DNA of 64,000 nucleotides from Lewinellaceae bacterium. GTDB taxonomy: Bacteria > Bacteroidota > Bacteroidia > Chitinophagales > Saprospiraceae. Under the pieces are notes generated by a model that did not search any database, was not told the origin of the DNA, and saw only the letters and a list, made by a program, of their open reading frames with translations. The translations under genes were made by a program, and so were the position numbers. The stretch covers positions 582,207 through 646,206 of the forward strand of contig CAVVFF010000007.1 of assembly GCA_963747415.1 (NCBI GenBank), read 5' to 3'. Positions 1-9,729 of the stretch are shown in pieces (the stretch's first letter is position 1; every line of letters begins with the position of its first letter).

Positions 1-2
1 TG

Positions 3-317
3 TGGCTGGCAGGAGATCCGTTTCGGCGACAGCCAAAACGTAAGATCTGTGCCATAGGCGTACACCTCAGCCGTTGGGTGACCATGCATGGGTTGGCCTT
101 TAACGTGCGTCCTAATTTGACGCACTTCAGCAACATCGTACCCTGCGGCATCGCTGACCCCGACCGGTCCGTAACCAGCCTGAGCATCGAGCTGCGCCGC
201 CCGGTCGAACTGGAGGAAGTAATTCCGATAGTAGAACGGCACTTCCGGGAGGTTTTCGAATTCGAACCCACCAAAGCGGAGCGTAGCAGCATCTTGCTGA
301 CGGAACCAAATGAGTAA
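3..317 (+). CDS. lipB: Lipoyl(octanoyl) transferase, 3' part (5' end outside window)
   Basis: Frame is open from nt 3 and reads [23 protein letters not shown]...FSNIVPCGI, the LipB catalytic Lys/Cys region. Confidence 0.9.
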   Translation, partial: WLAGDPFRRQPKRKICAIGVHLSRWVTMHGLAFNVRPNLTHFSNIVPCGIADPDRSVTSLSIELRRPVELEEVIPIVERHFREVFEFEPTKAERSSILLTEPNE

Positions 318-322
318 ACCCC

Positions 323-865
323 TTGACCGAGCAGAAACTGATTGCCGGCTGCAAAGCGAACGACCGAAGGGCCCAGCGTGCTGTCTACGACCAGTTCTCT
401 CCGCTGATGGGGGCGGTGGCCAGGCGCTACTGCCGCCGCGACGCAGACGCTGAGGATGTTCTCGTGGCTGCTTTCTTCAAGGTCTTCGACAAAATCGATA
501 CCTTCAATGAAGAAGGTAGTTTTGAGGGCTGGATCCGACGAATAGTAGTGAACGAGTCGTTGATGCTGCTACGTAAGAAGCATGCCCTGAAGCGCGCCAG
601 TGAACTGACGGAAGTCAATCCCGCCACCTACGCCATTCCGCCCACCGCGGCGGAACGACTGGCGGAAAAGGATATTCTCGACTTGCTCGATAAGTTACCC
701 ACTGGTTACCGCACCGTCTTCAACCTGTACGTGGTCGAAGGCTTTAAACACCGCGAGATCGCCGAGATGCTGGAGATCAGTATCAATACCAGCAAGTCAC
801 AACTCATCCTGGCAAAAAAACGTCTCCGCGAGCAACTCGAAAAACTGGGCTACCCGGCCCGATAA
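323..865 (+). CDS. ECF sigma-70 family RNA polymerase sigma factor
   Basis: Region 2 DAEDVLVAAFFKVF..SFEGWIRRIVVN; region 4 LPTGYRTVFNLYVVEGFKHREIAEMLEISINTSKSQL; TTG start. Confidence 0.92.
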   Translation: MTEQKLIAGCKANDRRAQRAVYDQFSPLMGAVARRYCRRDADAEDVLVAAFFKVFDKIDTFNEEGSFEGWIRRIVVNESLMLLRKKHALKRASELTEVNPATYAIPPTAAERLAEKDILDLLDKLPTGYRTVFNLYVVEGFKHREIAEMLEISINTSKSQLILAKKRLREQLEKLGYPAR

Positions 866-868
866 AGT

Positions 869-1267
869 ATGTATGTCATGGCCAATCCCGATAACTTCGA
901 TCGACAGTTTCGCCGCACTGCCCGCAGCATGCGCCGGCGGCCGTCTGCCCGTACCTGGGACCGTATTGAGAACCAGCTGGACGGCCGTAGGCAGTCGGCG
1001 CGCTTCTTAGGTATACGACCCTGGTTGATTGCCGCCGTCGTGCTCATCGTGGCCGGTTTTGCCGCAGTGGTCAATATCAGCGACCGCCATGCTTACGATC
1101 CGCTTGCCCAGCGGGCGGAGTCCATGGAAGAGCTTGATTCCGACAACGGACACATCAACCGGATCCCCAATTATCTTCCCATTTCCGAGGGCCGCCCGGA
1201 TGGGCAATTACTATCGCCCACGGAATCCAGGAGCCGGTTAATCGCCGCACCCAAGTACCGACTATAA
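869..1267 (+). CDS. Single-TM protein, probable anti-sigma partner of the upstream ECF
   Basis: Starts 3 nt after the ECF stop; N-term TWDRIENQL helix, then TM WLIAAVVLIVAGFAAVV. Confidence 0.55.
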   Translation: MYVMANPDNFDRQFRRTARSMRRRPSARTWDRIENQLDGRRQSARFLGIRPWLIAAVVLIVAGFAAVVNISDRHAYDPLAQRAESMEELDSDNGHINRIPNYLPISEGRPDGQLLSPTESRSRLIAAPKYRL

Positions 1268-1336
1268 GAGCCTATTTCGGCTTTTCGAACCAGAGCAGGC
1301 CATCGTATTCAGGATGACCGAAAGTCCAAACAGGCC

Positions 1337-1663
1337 CTAAGCGAAGTCGTCCTCGTCTCCGAGTTCCATACGCGCGCCGGCCAACTCGCGCATTGCATGT
1401 TGCTCGCCGATCTCACTGGTGATCTCGATTCCCTTACTGTAAATTTTCCACGCCTCCCGAGGTCTTTCCATCCGCTCCAGGGTTTTTCCCAGGTGGTAGT
1501 AGGTCCCGATGTACTTCGGCTGGTCGTTGACCAGGCTCCGGTAAATGTTGAGTGCAGTGGAGTCATTTCCTTCCTTCTCCCACTCCTTTGCCAGGGCAAA
1601 GCGAAGAAACGCATCCTTGGGTGATGCCTCCAGCAGCTGTAAAATTTGCTCTTTCCTAGTCAT
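1337..1663 (-). CDS. Small tetratricopeptide-repeat protein
   Basis: PKDAFLRFALAKEW, YIGTYYHLGKTLE TPR-like helices; ATG at 1663 lies 4 nt after a TACCTTTG box. Confidence 0.8.
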   Translation of the reverse strand: MTRKEQILQLLEASPKDAFLRFALAKEWEKEGNDSTALNIYRSLVNDQPKYIGTYYHLGKTLERMERPREAWKIYSKGIEITSEIGEQHAMRELAGARMELGDEDDFA

Positions 1664-1707
1664 CGGACAAAGGTAAACCATCCCTTCAGTTGGTACATTC
1701 GCCACGC

Positions 1708-2940
1708 ATGAATTACCCTGAAACGCTCGACTACCTCTTCACCCGCTTACCCATGTACCAACGTACCGGCGCGGCGGCCATGAAAAAGGACCTGACCAAT
1801 ATTCGGTTGCTACTCGATGAACTGGGCAACCCGGAGCGGAAGCTGCGGTGCATCCACGTGGGCGGTACGAATGGCAAAGGTACGGTGAGCCACCTCCTGG
1901 CTGCTGCCCTGAGGGCCCATGGTTTCCGGACGGGACTCTATACCAGTCCGCACTACAAGGATTTTCGCGAGCGCATCAAGATCGACGGAGCCTTTATTCC
2001 CGAGGAGTGGGTGACCCGATTCGTGCAACGAATGCTTCCTGCCATCGACCGGGTTGAGCCCAGTTTTTTCGAGATCACCGTTGCCATGGCTTTTGATTTT
2101 TTCGCCGGGGCGCAGGTAGAGTGGGCCGTGGTGGAGGTGGGCCTCGGTGGCCGGTTAGATAGTACGAATGTCATTGACCCGGAATTGGCCGTCATCACCA
2201 ACATCGGTTACGATCACATGCAATTTTTAGGGGATACCCTCGAAGCGATCGCCGGGGAGAAGGCGGGGATCATCAAGCCGGGGCGCCCGGTGGTGATTGG
2301 CGAAACCCAGTCGGAAACCCAAACCGTTTTCCGTAGTAAGGCGGCGTCCTTGAACGCACCGATCATTTTTGCCGATCAGCAAGCTACGTATCCCTACGAA
2401 ACCGATCTGCGGGGCCCCTTCGCTGAAAAGAACCTACAGACCGCCCACGTCGCACTTAAGGTATTATCCGCGCAGGGAGCACTTGAAGTTGATACCGGTA
2501 AGGTGGCGTACGCTTTTAATAAGGTGCATGACCTCACCTACTACATTGGTCGGTGGCAGATCCTACAGCGCACTAGCCCCCTTATTGTAGCCGATAGTGC
2601 CCACAATGGGGAAGGGCTTCGCCCGGTGATCACCAGACTATTGTCCTTGGTTGAAGAGCAAGGAGGAAACCTGCATATGGTGCTTGGCGTGGTCAACGAT
2701 AAAGACCTGACTAAAGCCCTGCCGCTCTTCCCCCGTTCGGCTACATATTACTTCGTCAAAGCCGACATACCCCGAGGCTTAGCGGCCGCCGAACTCCGTG
2801 ACGCGGCCGCCGGATACGGACTGATGGGAAAAGCCTACGGCTCGGTCCGGGAAGGGTACGCAGCTGCGCGGTCGGAGGCCACAACCAACGATGTTGTCTT
2901 CGTCGGAGGAAGCATATTTACGGTAGCCGAGGTGCTCTAA
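1708..2940 (+). CDS. folC: Bifunctional folylpolyglutamate synthase/dihydrofolate synthase
   Basis: IHVGGTNGKGT P-loop, YTSPH, EVGLGGRLDSTN, DSAHN. Confidence 0.95.
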   Translation: MNYPETLDYLFTRLPMYQRTGAAAMKKDLTNIRLLLDELGNPERKLRCIHVGGTNGKGTVSHLLAAALRAHGFRTGLYTSPHYKDFRERIKIDGAFIPEEWVTRFVQRMLPAIDRVEPSFFEITVAMAFDFFAGAQVEWAVVEVGLGGRLDSTNVIDPELAVITNIGYDHMQFLGDTLEAIAGEKAGIIKPGRPVVIGETQSETQTVFRSKAASLNAPIIFADQQATYPYETDLRGPFAEKNLQTAHVALKVLSAQGALEVDTGKVAYAFNKVHDLTYYIGRWQILQRTSPLIVADSAHNGEGLRPVITRLLSLVEEQGGNLHMVLGVVNDKDLTKALPLFPRSATYYFVKADIPRGLAAAELRDAAAGYGLMGKAYGSVREGYAAARSEATTNDVVFVGGSIFTVAEVL

Positions 2941-2946
2941 GATTCT

Positions 2947-4029
2947 TTATTTCCCCCAACGCAACACGGCAGCTGCCCAGGTAAAGCCCGCCCCGAAGGC
3001 AGCCAATGCTACGACATCGCCTTTTTTCACGCGGCCCTCGTCCCGGGCCTCGGAAAGCGCCAGTGGGATCGAGGCGGCGGTGGTATTGCCGTACCGCATG
3101 ATGTTGTTGTATACCTGCTCGTCCCTGAGCCCCATCGACTGTTGTACGAACTGGTTAATGCGGAGGTTAGCCTGGTGGGGAACCAGGAGATTCAGATCCT
3201 CAATTCCCAGCCCCGCATCCTGCAGTGCCTCCATGATGACTTCGGGAAACTTACGAACGGCCATTTTGAAAACCGTCTGTCCTTCCATATGGGGATATAC
3301 GCGCCCTTTGTCGAGCATATCCTGATTCCAGAATACGCCACCGTACTTATTGTTTTCCAGGTCAAAGTCGACATCGAATCCTTCCATGCCATACTTCTCC
3401 ATGAAATACCCGCCGTGGGAACCTGGGTACATATAACTCAGCTTCTCGGCGTAGGTGCCGTCGCTGTGCATCTTGGTAGAAAGGACCGCCTGCTCTTTGT
3501 CAGCCGTGGCTTCGATGACAACGGCTCCCGCGCCGTCGCCGAAGATTACGCTGACTCCACGACCGCGGGTGGTGAAGTCTAAGCCGACACTGTGGACTTC
3601 CGCCCCCACGAGCAGGATTTTCTTGTACATCCCGGACTTAATGAACTGGTCGGCGGTACTCAGTCCGTAGATAAATCCAGAGCACTGCGCGCGGATATCC
3701 AGGGCGGCGATCTCAGTCTTCGCGATGCCGAGTTCGCGCTGCAGCAGTACCCCGGATCCGGGGAAATAGTAATCCGGACTCAGGGTGGCGAAAATGATAA
3801 AGTCGATATCTTCTTTATCGATCCCGGCATCTTCAATGGCACGTTTTGAGGCTTCCAGCGCCAGGGTAGTGGTCGTTTCTTTGGTACGATCAATATAGCG
3901 GCGCTCTTCTATACCGGTTCTTTCGCGGATCCAATCGTCGCTGGTCTCCATAACCTCGGTAAGGTCCTGGTTAGTAACTACATTCTTCGGTACGTAATGA
4001 CCAATACCGGTAATGGTGGAATAAGGCAT
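2947..4029 (-). CDS. fabH: 3-oxoacyl-ACP synthase III
   Basis: AQCSGF catalytic Cys, FGDGAGA, PHQAN, GNTTAASIP. Confidence 0.93.
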   Translation of the reverse strand: MPYSTITGIGHYVPKNVVTNQDLTEVMETSDDWIRERTGIEERRYIDRTKETTTTLALEASKRAIEDAGIDKEDIDFIIFATLSPDYYFPGSGVLLQRELGIAKTEIAALDIRAQCSGFIYGLSTADQFIKSGMYKKILLVGAEVHSVGLDFTTRGRGVSVIFGDGAGAVVIEATADKEQAVLSTKMHSDGTYAEKLSYMYPGSHGGYFMEKYGMEGFDVDFDLENNKYGGVFWNQDMLDKGRVYPHMEGQTVFKMAVRKFPEVIMEALQDAGLGIEDLNLLVPHQANLRINQFVQQSMGLRDEQVYNNIMRYGNTTAASIPLALSEARDEGRVKKGDVVALAAFGAGFTWAAAVLRWGK

Positions 4030-4149
4030 GCAAGGGACTTTAACTCTAAAGGGGTAAAGGTAAAATAATTTAGACGCCAGCAAATTGTTAGGAGCCGGCA
4101 GCGGGAAATATAGAAGGGGCGGTTTGGAACTTTATGGTCGCCACTTGCG

Positions 4150-5100
4150 CTAAAACAATCGCTTGCGCCGGAAATAAAAGATGACCGCGGCACTCAGGAT
4201 GATCGAAAGGATCAGGATCAGCAGGAAAGTATAGTTGCCGTTCTGCAGTGGCATAGGCACGTTCATACCGTAGAAGCTGGCGATTACCATGGGCACGGTA
4301 AGTACGATCGTGATAAGTGTCAGTCGCTGAATAGTGATGTTCAGGTTATTCGAGATGATCGAGCCGTAGGCATCCATGGTTCCGTTGAGGATGTTAGTGT
4401 AAATATTGGCCATTTCCAGGGCCTGACCATTGTCGATGATGATATCTTCAAATAGGTCCCATTGCTCTTCATCGTGACGGATGCCGAGAAAATCCGCCCG
4501 CTTCATTTTCATCTTCAGCAGCTCGTTGCCGTTCAGGGCATTGATGAAATAAACCAATGATTTTTCAATGCTGAGCAGTTGCTTTAGTTCCCGGTTGCGG
4601 CTGCTGTCGTAAAGCTCCTGCTCGATGAGGTTACGCTTCACGTTGAGCCGCTTCAGGCAGGTCAGGAAGCGGTAAACGGTGTGCTCGAAGATCCGGAGGA
4701 CAAAGTGGGCGCGGCGGGCGGGATCTACGTTCCGGACCTTATTGTCAATAAAGAGCTGCAGGACGGGGTGGTCCGGTGTCGAACTGATGGTAATGAAAGC
4801 ATCAGGCGTGAGGATGATACCAATGGGAACGGTAATGTAGATACTGTCATTCTCGGTTTCCACTTGGCTGAGCACCGGGGTGTTGATGACGATGAGCCGG
4901 GCATCGTCTTCGCGTTCGTAGCGCGAGCGTTCATCGATATCGAGCGGGTCGGTAAGAAAGTCGATCGGCAGTTCGTAGCGATCGGCGATCTCCGGCAATT
5001 CTTCGGAGGAGAAGGGGGGGTAGAGATGGATCCACGCCTTGGGCCCGGCTTCCTCTACGCGTCCCAGCTGGCCGTTGGTGCTTGCATAGTAGCTGATCAT
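4150..5100 (-). CDS. corA: CorA-family Mg2+/Co2+ transporter
   Basis: C-terminal two TM helices with the FYGMNV signature; start assigned to ATG 5100. Confidence 0.9.
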   Translation of the reverse strand: MISYYASTNGQLGRVEEAGPKAWIHLYPPFSSEELPEIADRYELPIDFLTDPLDIDERSRYEREDDARLIVINTPVLSQVETENDSIYITVPIGIILTPDAFITISSTPDHPVLQLFIDNKVRNVDPARRAHFVLRIFEHTVYRFLTCLKRLNVKRNLIEQELYDSSRNRELKQLLSIEKSLVYFINALNGNELLKMKMKRADFLGIRHDEEQWDLFEDIIIDNGQALEMANIYTNILNGTMDAYGSIISNNLNITIQRLTLITIVLTVPMVIASFYGMNVPMPLQNGNYTFLLILILSIILSAAVIFYFRRKRLF

Positions 5101-5282
5101 GACGGGACGGTTTGGTGAGGCGGGGGCAAAGGTAGTAAAAGGGTTCACACCGACAACGGCTACAATCCGTACTGAAGTCTCACGCAAAATAATTCGCCAC
5201 GCAAAAAAATCGGAAAACTGCAACTTTTGAATTCAGGGCCTACATTACTATTCCACATTCAATCACCATTCATTTCCCAATC

Positions 5283-5861
5283 ATGACCCGCCCCGCCCGC
5301 GATCACTTATTCGAAGCGGAACTGCTTATGCACTATCAGGTGGTGTACAACTTCCTGATTCGCATGACCGGTAATGCCAGCGATGCTGCCGACCTGACCC
5401 AGGAAACCTTCGCCCGCGCCTACCAGAAGATCGAGCATTATGAGGAGGGCACCAACGGTCGGGCATGGCTTTTCTGCCTGGCACGTAATCTTTTCATCAA
5501 CGATTACCGGAAGCGCAAGCGTCGTGGCGAGGAAGAACTGGACGAACGTACCGCCTATCACCTTCGCGATGAAAAGAACCCGATGGCCGGTTTTGCCGAC
5601 CTCCGCATCGCCGGAGTCCTGGAACGGGACTTTAGCGATCCGATCCTGCGCGCCATGACCTTGCTCAATGACCGCCAGCGGGCCATCGTTATAATGGCCG
5701 ACCTCTATGACTTTGCCGAAAAGGAAATAGCCGAAGCCATGGAGATGCCGCTGAATACGGTGAAGTCCGTAACGCGTCGTGCGCGTATCGCACTCATCAA
5801 GCAGTTGAGCACCTACGCTGAAAACACCTTCGGCATCCTGAATACACGCAATCTAGGCTAA
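5283..5861 (+). CDS. ECF sigma factor resembling the SigH/SigR (ECF12) type
   Basis: RMTGNASDAADLTQETFARAY..EGTNGRAWLF..NLFINDYRK; EIAEAMEMPLNTVKS. Confidence 0.85.
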   Translation: MTRPARDHLFEAELLMHYQVVYNFLIRMTGNASDAADLTQETFARAYQKIEHYEEGTNGRAWLFCLARNLFINDYRKRKRRGEEELDERTAYHLRDEKNPMAGFADLRIAGVLERDFSDPILRAMTLLNDRQRAIVIMADLYDFAEKEIAEAMEMPLNTVKSVTRRARIALIKQLSTYAENTFGILNTRNLG

Positions 5862-5914
5862 CTAACCGTGCCGTCCCGAAGCCTTCGGGACGGCACTTTT
5901 CAATTCATCCCATC

Positions 5915-6142
5915 ATGTTCAACAAGCATTCATCTCGCAACTGCCGGCCCGAAACGACGGAGCCCAAATTACCCGAAGTGGCCGACCAGCAGTCCAACTA
6001 TCCCAACCGCGACAGCGATAATGTTGGTGACGTGGCAGCCTTTAAAGTATTTCTCAAGCGGAATCTCCGCCACCAAACGCCCCCGGCCGATCTTCTCGGC
6101 AAGATTCGCGGCAAAATCGACAAAATCAAAGCCGAAGAGTAA
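5915..6142 (+). CDS. Small protein, possible anti-sigma lacking the zinc motif
   Basis: Directly downstream of the ECF; C-term FKVFLKRNLRHQTPPADLLGKIRGKI resembles RsrA/RshA-type tails; no HxxxCxxC. Confidence 0.5.
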   Translation: MFNKHSSRNCRPETTEPKLPEVADQQSNYPNRDSDNVGDVAAFKVFLKRNLRHQTPPADLLGKIRGKIDKIKAEE

Positions 6143-6193
6143 AACCCAAACAGTCGGCAAGGACTTATATGCGGTAGTCAGCAAATTCACCGC

Positions 6194-7234
6194 ATGGGGG
6201 CTCCCCAAGAACAACTCCTTTCCGTTCCCGACCTCATCCACGTCTCCGACGATCAGCCGGGGTGGACCCGTAAATCGGCCAAAACAGGATTCCGGTACTT
6301 TCGGGAAGACGGCAGCCAAATAAAAGATAAGCTTGTTCAGGACCGACTGGCCTCCCTGGCCATTCCCCCCGCCTGGACCGACGTGTGGATCTGCCCCCTC
6401 GAAAACGGTCACCTCCTCAGCACCGGCCGCGACGAAGCAAATCGCAAGCAATACCGGTACCACCCGGATTGGCTGGCCTTTCAGCAGCTGAATAAGTTCA
6501 ACACCCTCATCGAATTCGCCGATGCGCTTCCCGCCGCCCGCCGGGTCCTAAGGGGAATCATGCAGGATGAAAGCCGCGGTTGGGACCAGGAGCGTGTCAG
6601 CGCCTTGGCGATTTCCATGATGGACGAAACAGGTATGCGGGTCGGAAACTCTTCCTACCGCAAACGAAATGGCACCATCGGGCTGACGACCCTCCGCCGC
6701 AAACACGTCGAAGTGGACGACCGGGGTTTCCATTTTGAATACACCGGTAAAAGTGGTATTGACCGCGCGGTGGACCTAACGGACCCTTCCCTGATCAACT
6801 TGATCTCCAACATCAGCGAACTGCCCGGTTACGAGGTTTTTCGGTTTCGCGGGGAAGATGGAAAAATGCACAACCTGGATAGCAGCGACGTCAACGAAAT
6901 GGTGCGACAATTATTAGGGCCGCGCTTCAGCAGTAAATTTTTTCGGACCTGGGCAGGAACCGCCGCCGCGGTTGACGCCTACTGGGAACTGAAAGCAGCG
7001 CATAAGGGAGAATTACCCGATCGGCCGGATCTTAGGGTAGTAGAACGCGTAGCTGCCTTTCTCGGCAATACGGTCGCTATCTGCCGCAAGTATTATATAC
7101 ACCCCAGCGTACTTGCCGCCGTAGCCGAAGAGCGGGTTCCCGACGACGCAAGCGTCACGAAGAAGGAGGAGGCCAAGTTCGACGGGGAATTCGACCACGA
7201 TGAAATTATCGCTTACCGGCTTGCCCACGGTTGA
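6194..7234 (+). CDS. Bacterial DNA topoisomerase IB
   Basis: PPAWTDVWIC, GRDEANRKQYRYH, GMRVGN, SKFFRTW, CRKYYIHP (catalytic Tyr). Confidence 0.92.
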   Translation: MGAPQEQLLSVPDLIHVSDDQPGWTRKSAKTGFRYFREDGSQIKDKLVQDRLASLAIPPAWTDVWICPLENGHLLSTGRDEANRKQYRYHPDWLAFQQLNKFNTLIEFADALPAARRVLRGIMQDESRGWDQERVSALAISMMDETGMRVGNSSYRKRNGTIGLTTLRRKHVEVDDRGFHFEYTGKSGIDRAVDLTDPSLINLISNISELPGYEVFRFRGEDGKMHNLDSSDVNEMVRQLLGPRFSSKFFRTWAGTAAAVDAYWELKAAHKGELPDRPDLRVVERVAAFLGNTVAICRKYYIHPSVLAAVAEERVPDDASVTKKEEAKFDGEFDHDEIIAYRLAHG

Positions 7235-8180
7235 CGGGACGCCTTGTTCCGCTGCTGCCTCCGGTTTGGATCTCCCGGTAAGTGCCTCCTTTCGAGGGGT
7301 CGATGCGGGAAAGCATCTGGATCACTGCAGCTTGCTCCGGCGCGGTAGCCCCTTTGTAAATCTGGATGATCTCCTCCCGTTTGGCATCCAGGAAGGTTTG
7401 CACCAGGGCACTGTTGGGATACGCCTGGTTTGCCGACTGTGCGTCTTCTATGGCCAACGTGATGTTCTTACGGCCCGCCATGGGGTCGGTCAGCATCTGG
7501 TCGAGCCCGAGGCGGTGGTAAGCATAGGCGGCCCGGCGCATAGGCAGCATGCGGGGGCTCAGGAGGTTCTCCAGCAATAAGTAGCGGTTATTGGTTTTAC
7601 CGGCGGCCGTCCAACCGGAACTGTTCAGCAGGTTGGCGGGAAGGCGGTTGATGATTTCCTGAGCCTTCTCGAAGTAGGGCTGTCCGCCCAGCGGGGAGAA
7701 GGTATCGTAGTCCATTCCGAGTACGATATAGGCATAAAAACCGATGATGGATGCGAGTTCCGAAGTGAAAGTCTGGTCCGAAAGCTGGATGGCCTGGAAT
7801 TGTTCGTAGGTGAATTCCAGCCGTTTATCCTGATAATTCAGGATCGGAGTAACCTCACCGGTGCCGAATATCGGGCGGCTCGACTGGATCGCCAGGGTGC
7901 CCGTGTACCGGTTGGGGATGATCTCTTCGCTGTCTCCGTTGGCGCGGGTCGCTTCCGAAAGGGTAAGAAAGAGGGTGGCTTCGATGCGCTCCTCTTCCTG
8001 GAAAACGTCATCCGTCCAGGTTCGGCTATTCAGAAAGTTGACCAGCTCCTGCTCCAGGGTCTTAAAGACGTTTTCATCCGTCTGCGTAATCTGTTGGGTA
8101 TTCAGATTCACCGTCCAATTGATCTCACTTTGAGCGCCGAGCCAGCAGGAAGCGAATAGCAATAACAGCGTGAGTCTCAT
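7206..8180 (-). CDS. DUF4835 family protein (annotated as T9SS PorD in Bacteroidota)
   Basis: Signal peptide; FYAYIVLGMDYDTFSPLGG, YHRLGLD; last gene of the bamD-rpoZ-coaBC operon. Confidence 0.8.
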   Translation of the reverse strand: MRLTLLLLFASCWLGAQSEINWTVNLNTQQITQTDENVFKTLEQELVNFLNSRTWTDDVFQEEERIEATLFLTLSEATRANGDSEEIIPNRYTGTLAIQSSRPIFGTGEVTPILNYQDKRLEFTYEQFQAIQLSDQTFTSELASIIGFYAYIVLGMDYDTFSPLGGQPYFEKAQEIINRLPANLLNSSGWTAAGKTNNRYLLLENLLSPRMLPMRRAAYAYHRLGLDQMLTDPMAGRKNITLAIEDAQSANQAYPNSALVQTFLDAKREEIIQIYKGATAPEQAAVIQMLSRIDPSKGGTYREIQTGGSSGTRRPVNRGQAGKR

Positions 8181-9376
8181 AGCGTAGGTTTGTCAGCAAC
8201 GAGGCGGTCGAGGATGTCGTCCGCCACGGCGCGTTTAGTTTTTAACTGGAAGGCGGTCTCCTTATTGCGATCGATCAGGTGGATTTGGTTGGTATCGTGA
8301 CCAAATGCCGCGCCGCTCGTACGGGGAGAATTCAGGACGATCAGATCAAAGTGCTTTCGCTCAAGTTTCGCGCGTGCATTTTCCAGACCGTTTTCCGTTT
8401 CCAGGGCAAAACCGATGAGGTACTGCCCGTCGCCCTTTGTTTCACCCAGCCGTTGGGCAATATCGGGATTACGCACGAGTTCGAGGGTCATAGGGCCTTC
8501 TCCCTTTTTAATCTTTTCCCGGGCCATTTCTGCCGGACGGTAATCCGCTACCGCCGCACACAGAATACCATCGGTAGCGGATGGCCAATGGCCGACGGCA
8601 GCATCAAACATATCACGGGCATTACGGACGTGAATCGTAGTGATGCCGGCATTGCGAGTGGAAAGATGGGTCGGTCCCAGTATCAGATCAACCGATGCCC
8701 CACGTTCCGCGGCGGACTCGGCCAGCGCGATGCCCATACGACCGGTACTCCGATTGCCGATAAATCGAACGGGGTCGATATCCTCAATCGTAGGGCCGGC
8801 CGTGATGAGGATTCTACGCCCCTTCAGATCTTGTTTGCGGCCAAAGAAATCGACTAGTGAGTCCAGGATGGCTTGCGGTTCCGCCAGTCGGCCCGGCCCC
8901 GTCAGGCCACTTGCTAACTCGCCGTCCTCAACATCGATCAAGTGATTTCCGTAGGCCCGCAAACGCCGCACGTTGTCCTGTGTGCTCGGGTGGCGCCACA
9001 TATCGACGTCCATTGCCGGGGCGAAAAACACCGGACATCGGGCGGAAAGATAAACGGCAACCAGGGCCGAATCACAGATTCCGTTAGCCAGTTTTGCCAG
9101 CGTGGTAGCCGTGGCAGGGGCGATCAGGAAAGCATCCGCCCATAGTCCTAACTCGACGTGGTTGTTCCAGCTCTCTTCGGAATGCACCGACGTGACTACC
9201 GCTGACTTGGCCAGGGTACCCAGGGTTAGCGGGGATATGAATTGCGTGGCTGAAGGGGTCATTAATACCCGCACTTCGGCCCCGTCCTTGATCAGGCCGC
9301 GGACGATCAGGGCAGACTTATAAGCGGCAATGCTGCCGCTAACGCCCAGAATGATCTTTTTGCCGGCGAGGCGCAA
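8177..9376 (-). CDS. coaBC: Phosphopantothenoylcysteine decarboxylase/phosphopantothenate-cysteine ligase
   Basis: GVSGSIAAYK, APATATTLAK, PAMD, ITAGPTIEDIDPVRFIGNRSTGRMG, AAVAD. Confidence 0.96.
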   Translation of the reverse strand: MRLAGKKIILGVSGSIAAYKSALIVRGLIKDGAEVRVLMTPSATQFISPLTLGTLAKSAVVTSVHSEESWNNHVELGLWADAFLIAPATATTLAKLANGICDSALVAVYLSARCPVFFAPAMDVDMWRHPSTQDNVRRLRAYGNHLIDVEDGELASGLTGPGRLAEPQAILDSLVDFFGRKQDLKGRRILITAGPTIEDIDPVRFIGNRSTGRMGIALAESAAERGASVDLILGPTHLSTRNAGITTIHVRNARDMFDAAVGHWPSATDGILCAAVADYRPAEMAREKIKKGEGPMTLELVRNPDIAQRLGETKGDGQYLIGFALETENGLENARAKLERKHFDLIVLNSPRTSGAAFGHDTNQIHLIDRNKETAFQLKTKRAVADDILDRLVADKPTL

Positions 9377-9378
9377 GT

Positions 9379-9729
9379 CTACAGTTCCTCGTCGTCCTCC
9401 TCGCGCCGCTCGTTGTAGCGGTGGTAGAGTTCATCATCGAGGTACTCGCGCATGGCAATAAGTACCGGGTTAGGTAGCTTTTCGTAGAACTTGGATATTT
9501 CGATCTGTTCCTTGTTTTCGACTACCTCTTCGATGGTGTCCGTAACCTCGGCAAACTCTTCCAGCTTCTGGTCGAGCTCGTGCTTGAGGTCTACGGCCAA
9601 CTGACGGGCGCGGCGACTGACGATAGCCATGGCTTCGTAAATATTTCCGGTCTGGCCAACTACGCGTTGGATGTCACGGGCGGCGGTATCGGGGCTCATG
9701 CCCTGGGCGCGGGCTTTGATGTCAGACAT
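9379..9729 (-). CDS. rpoZ: RNA polymerase omega subunit (Bacteroidota type)
   Basis: GNIYEAMAIVSRRARQL, EQIEISKFYEKLPNP; lies between bamD and coaBC. Confidence 0.88.
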   Translation of the reverse strand: MSDIKARAQGMSPDTAARDIQRVVGQTGNIYEAMAIVSRRARQLAVDLKHELDQKLEEFAEVTDTIEEVVENKEQIEISKFYEKLPNPVLIAMREYLDDELYHRYNERREEDDEEL

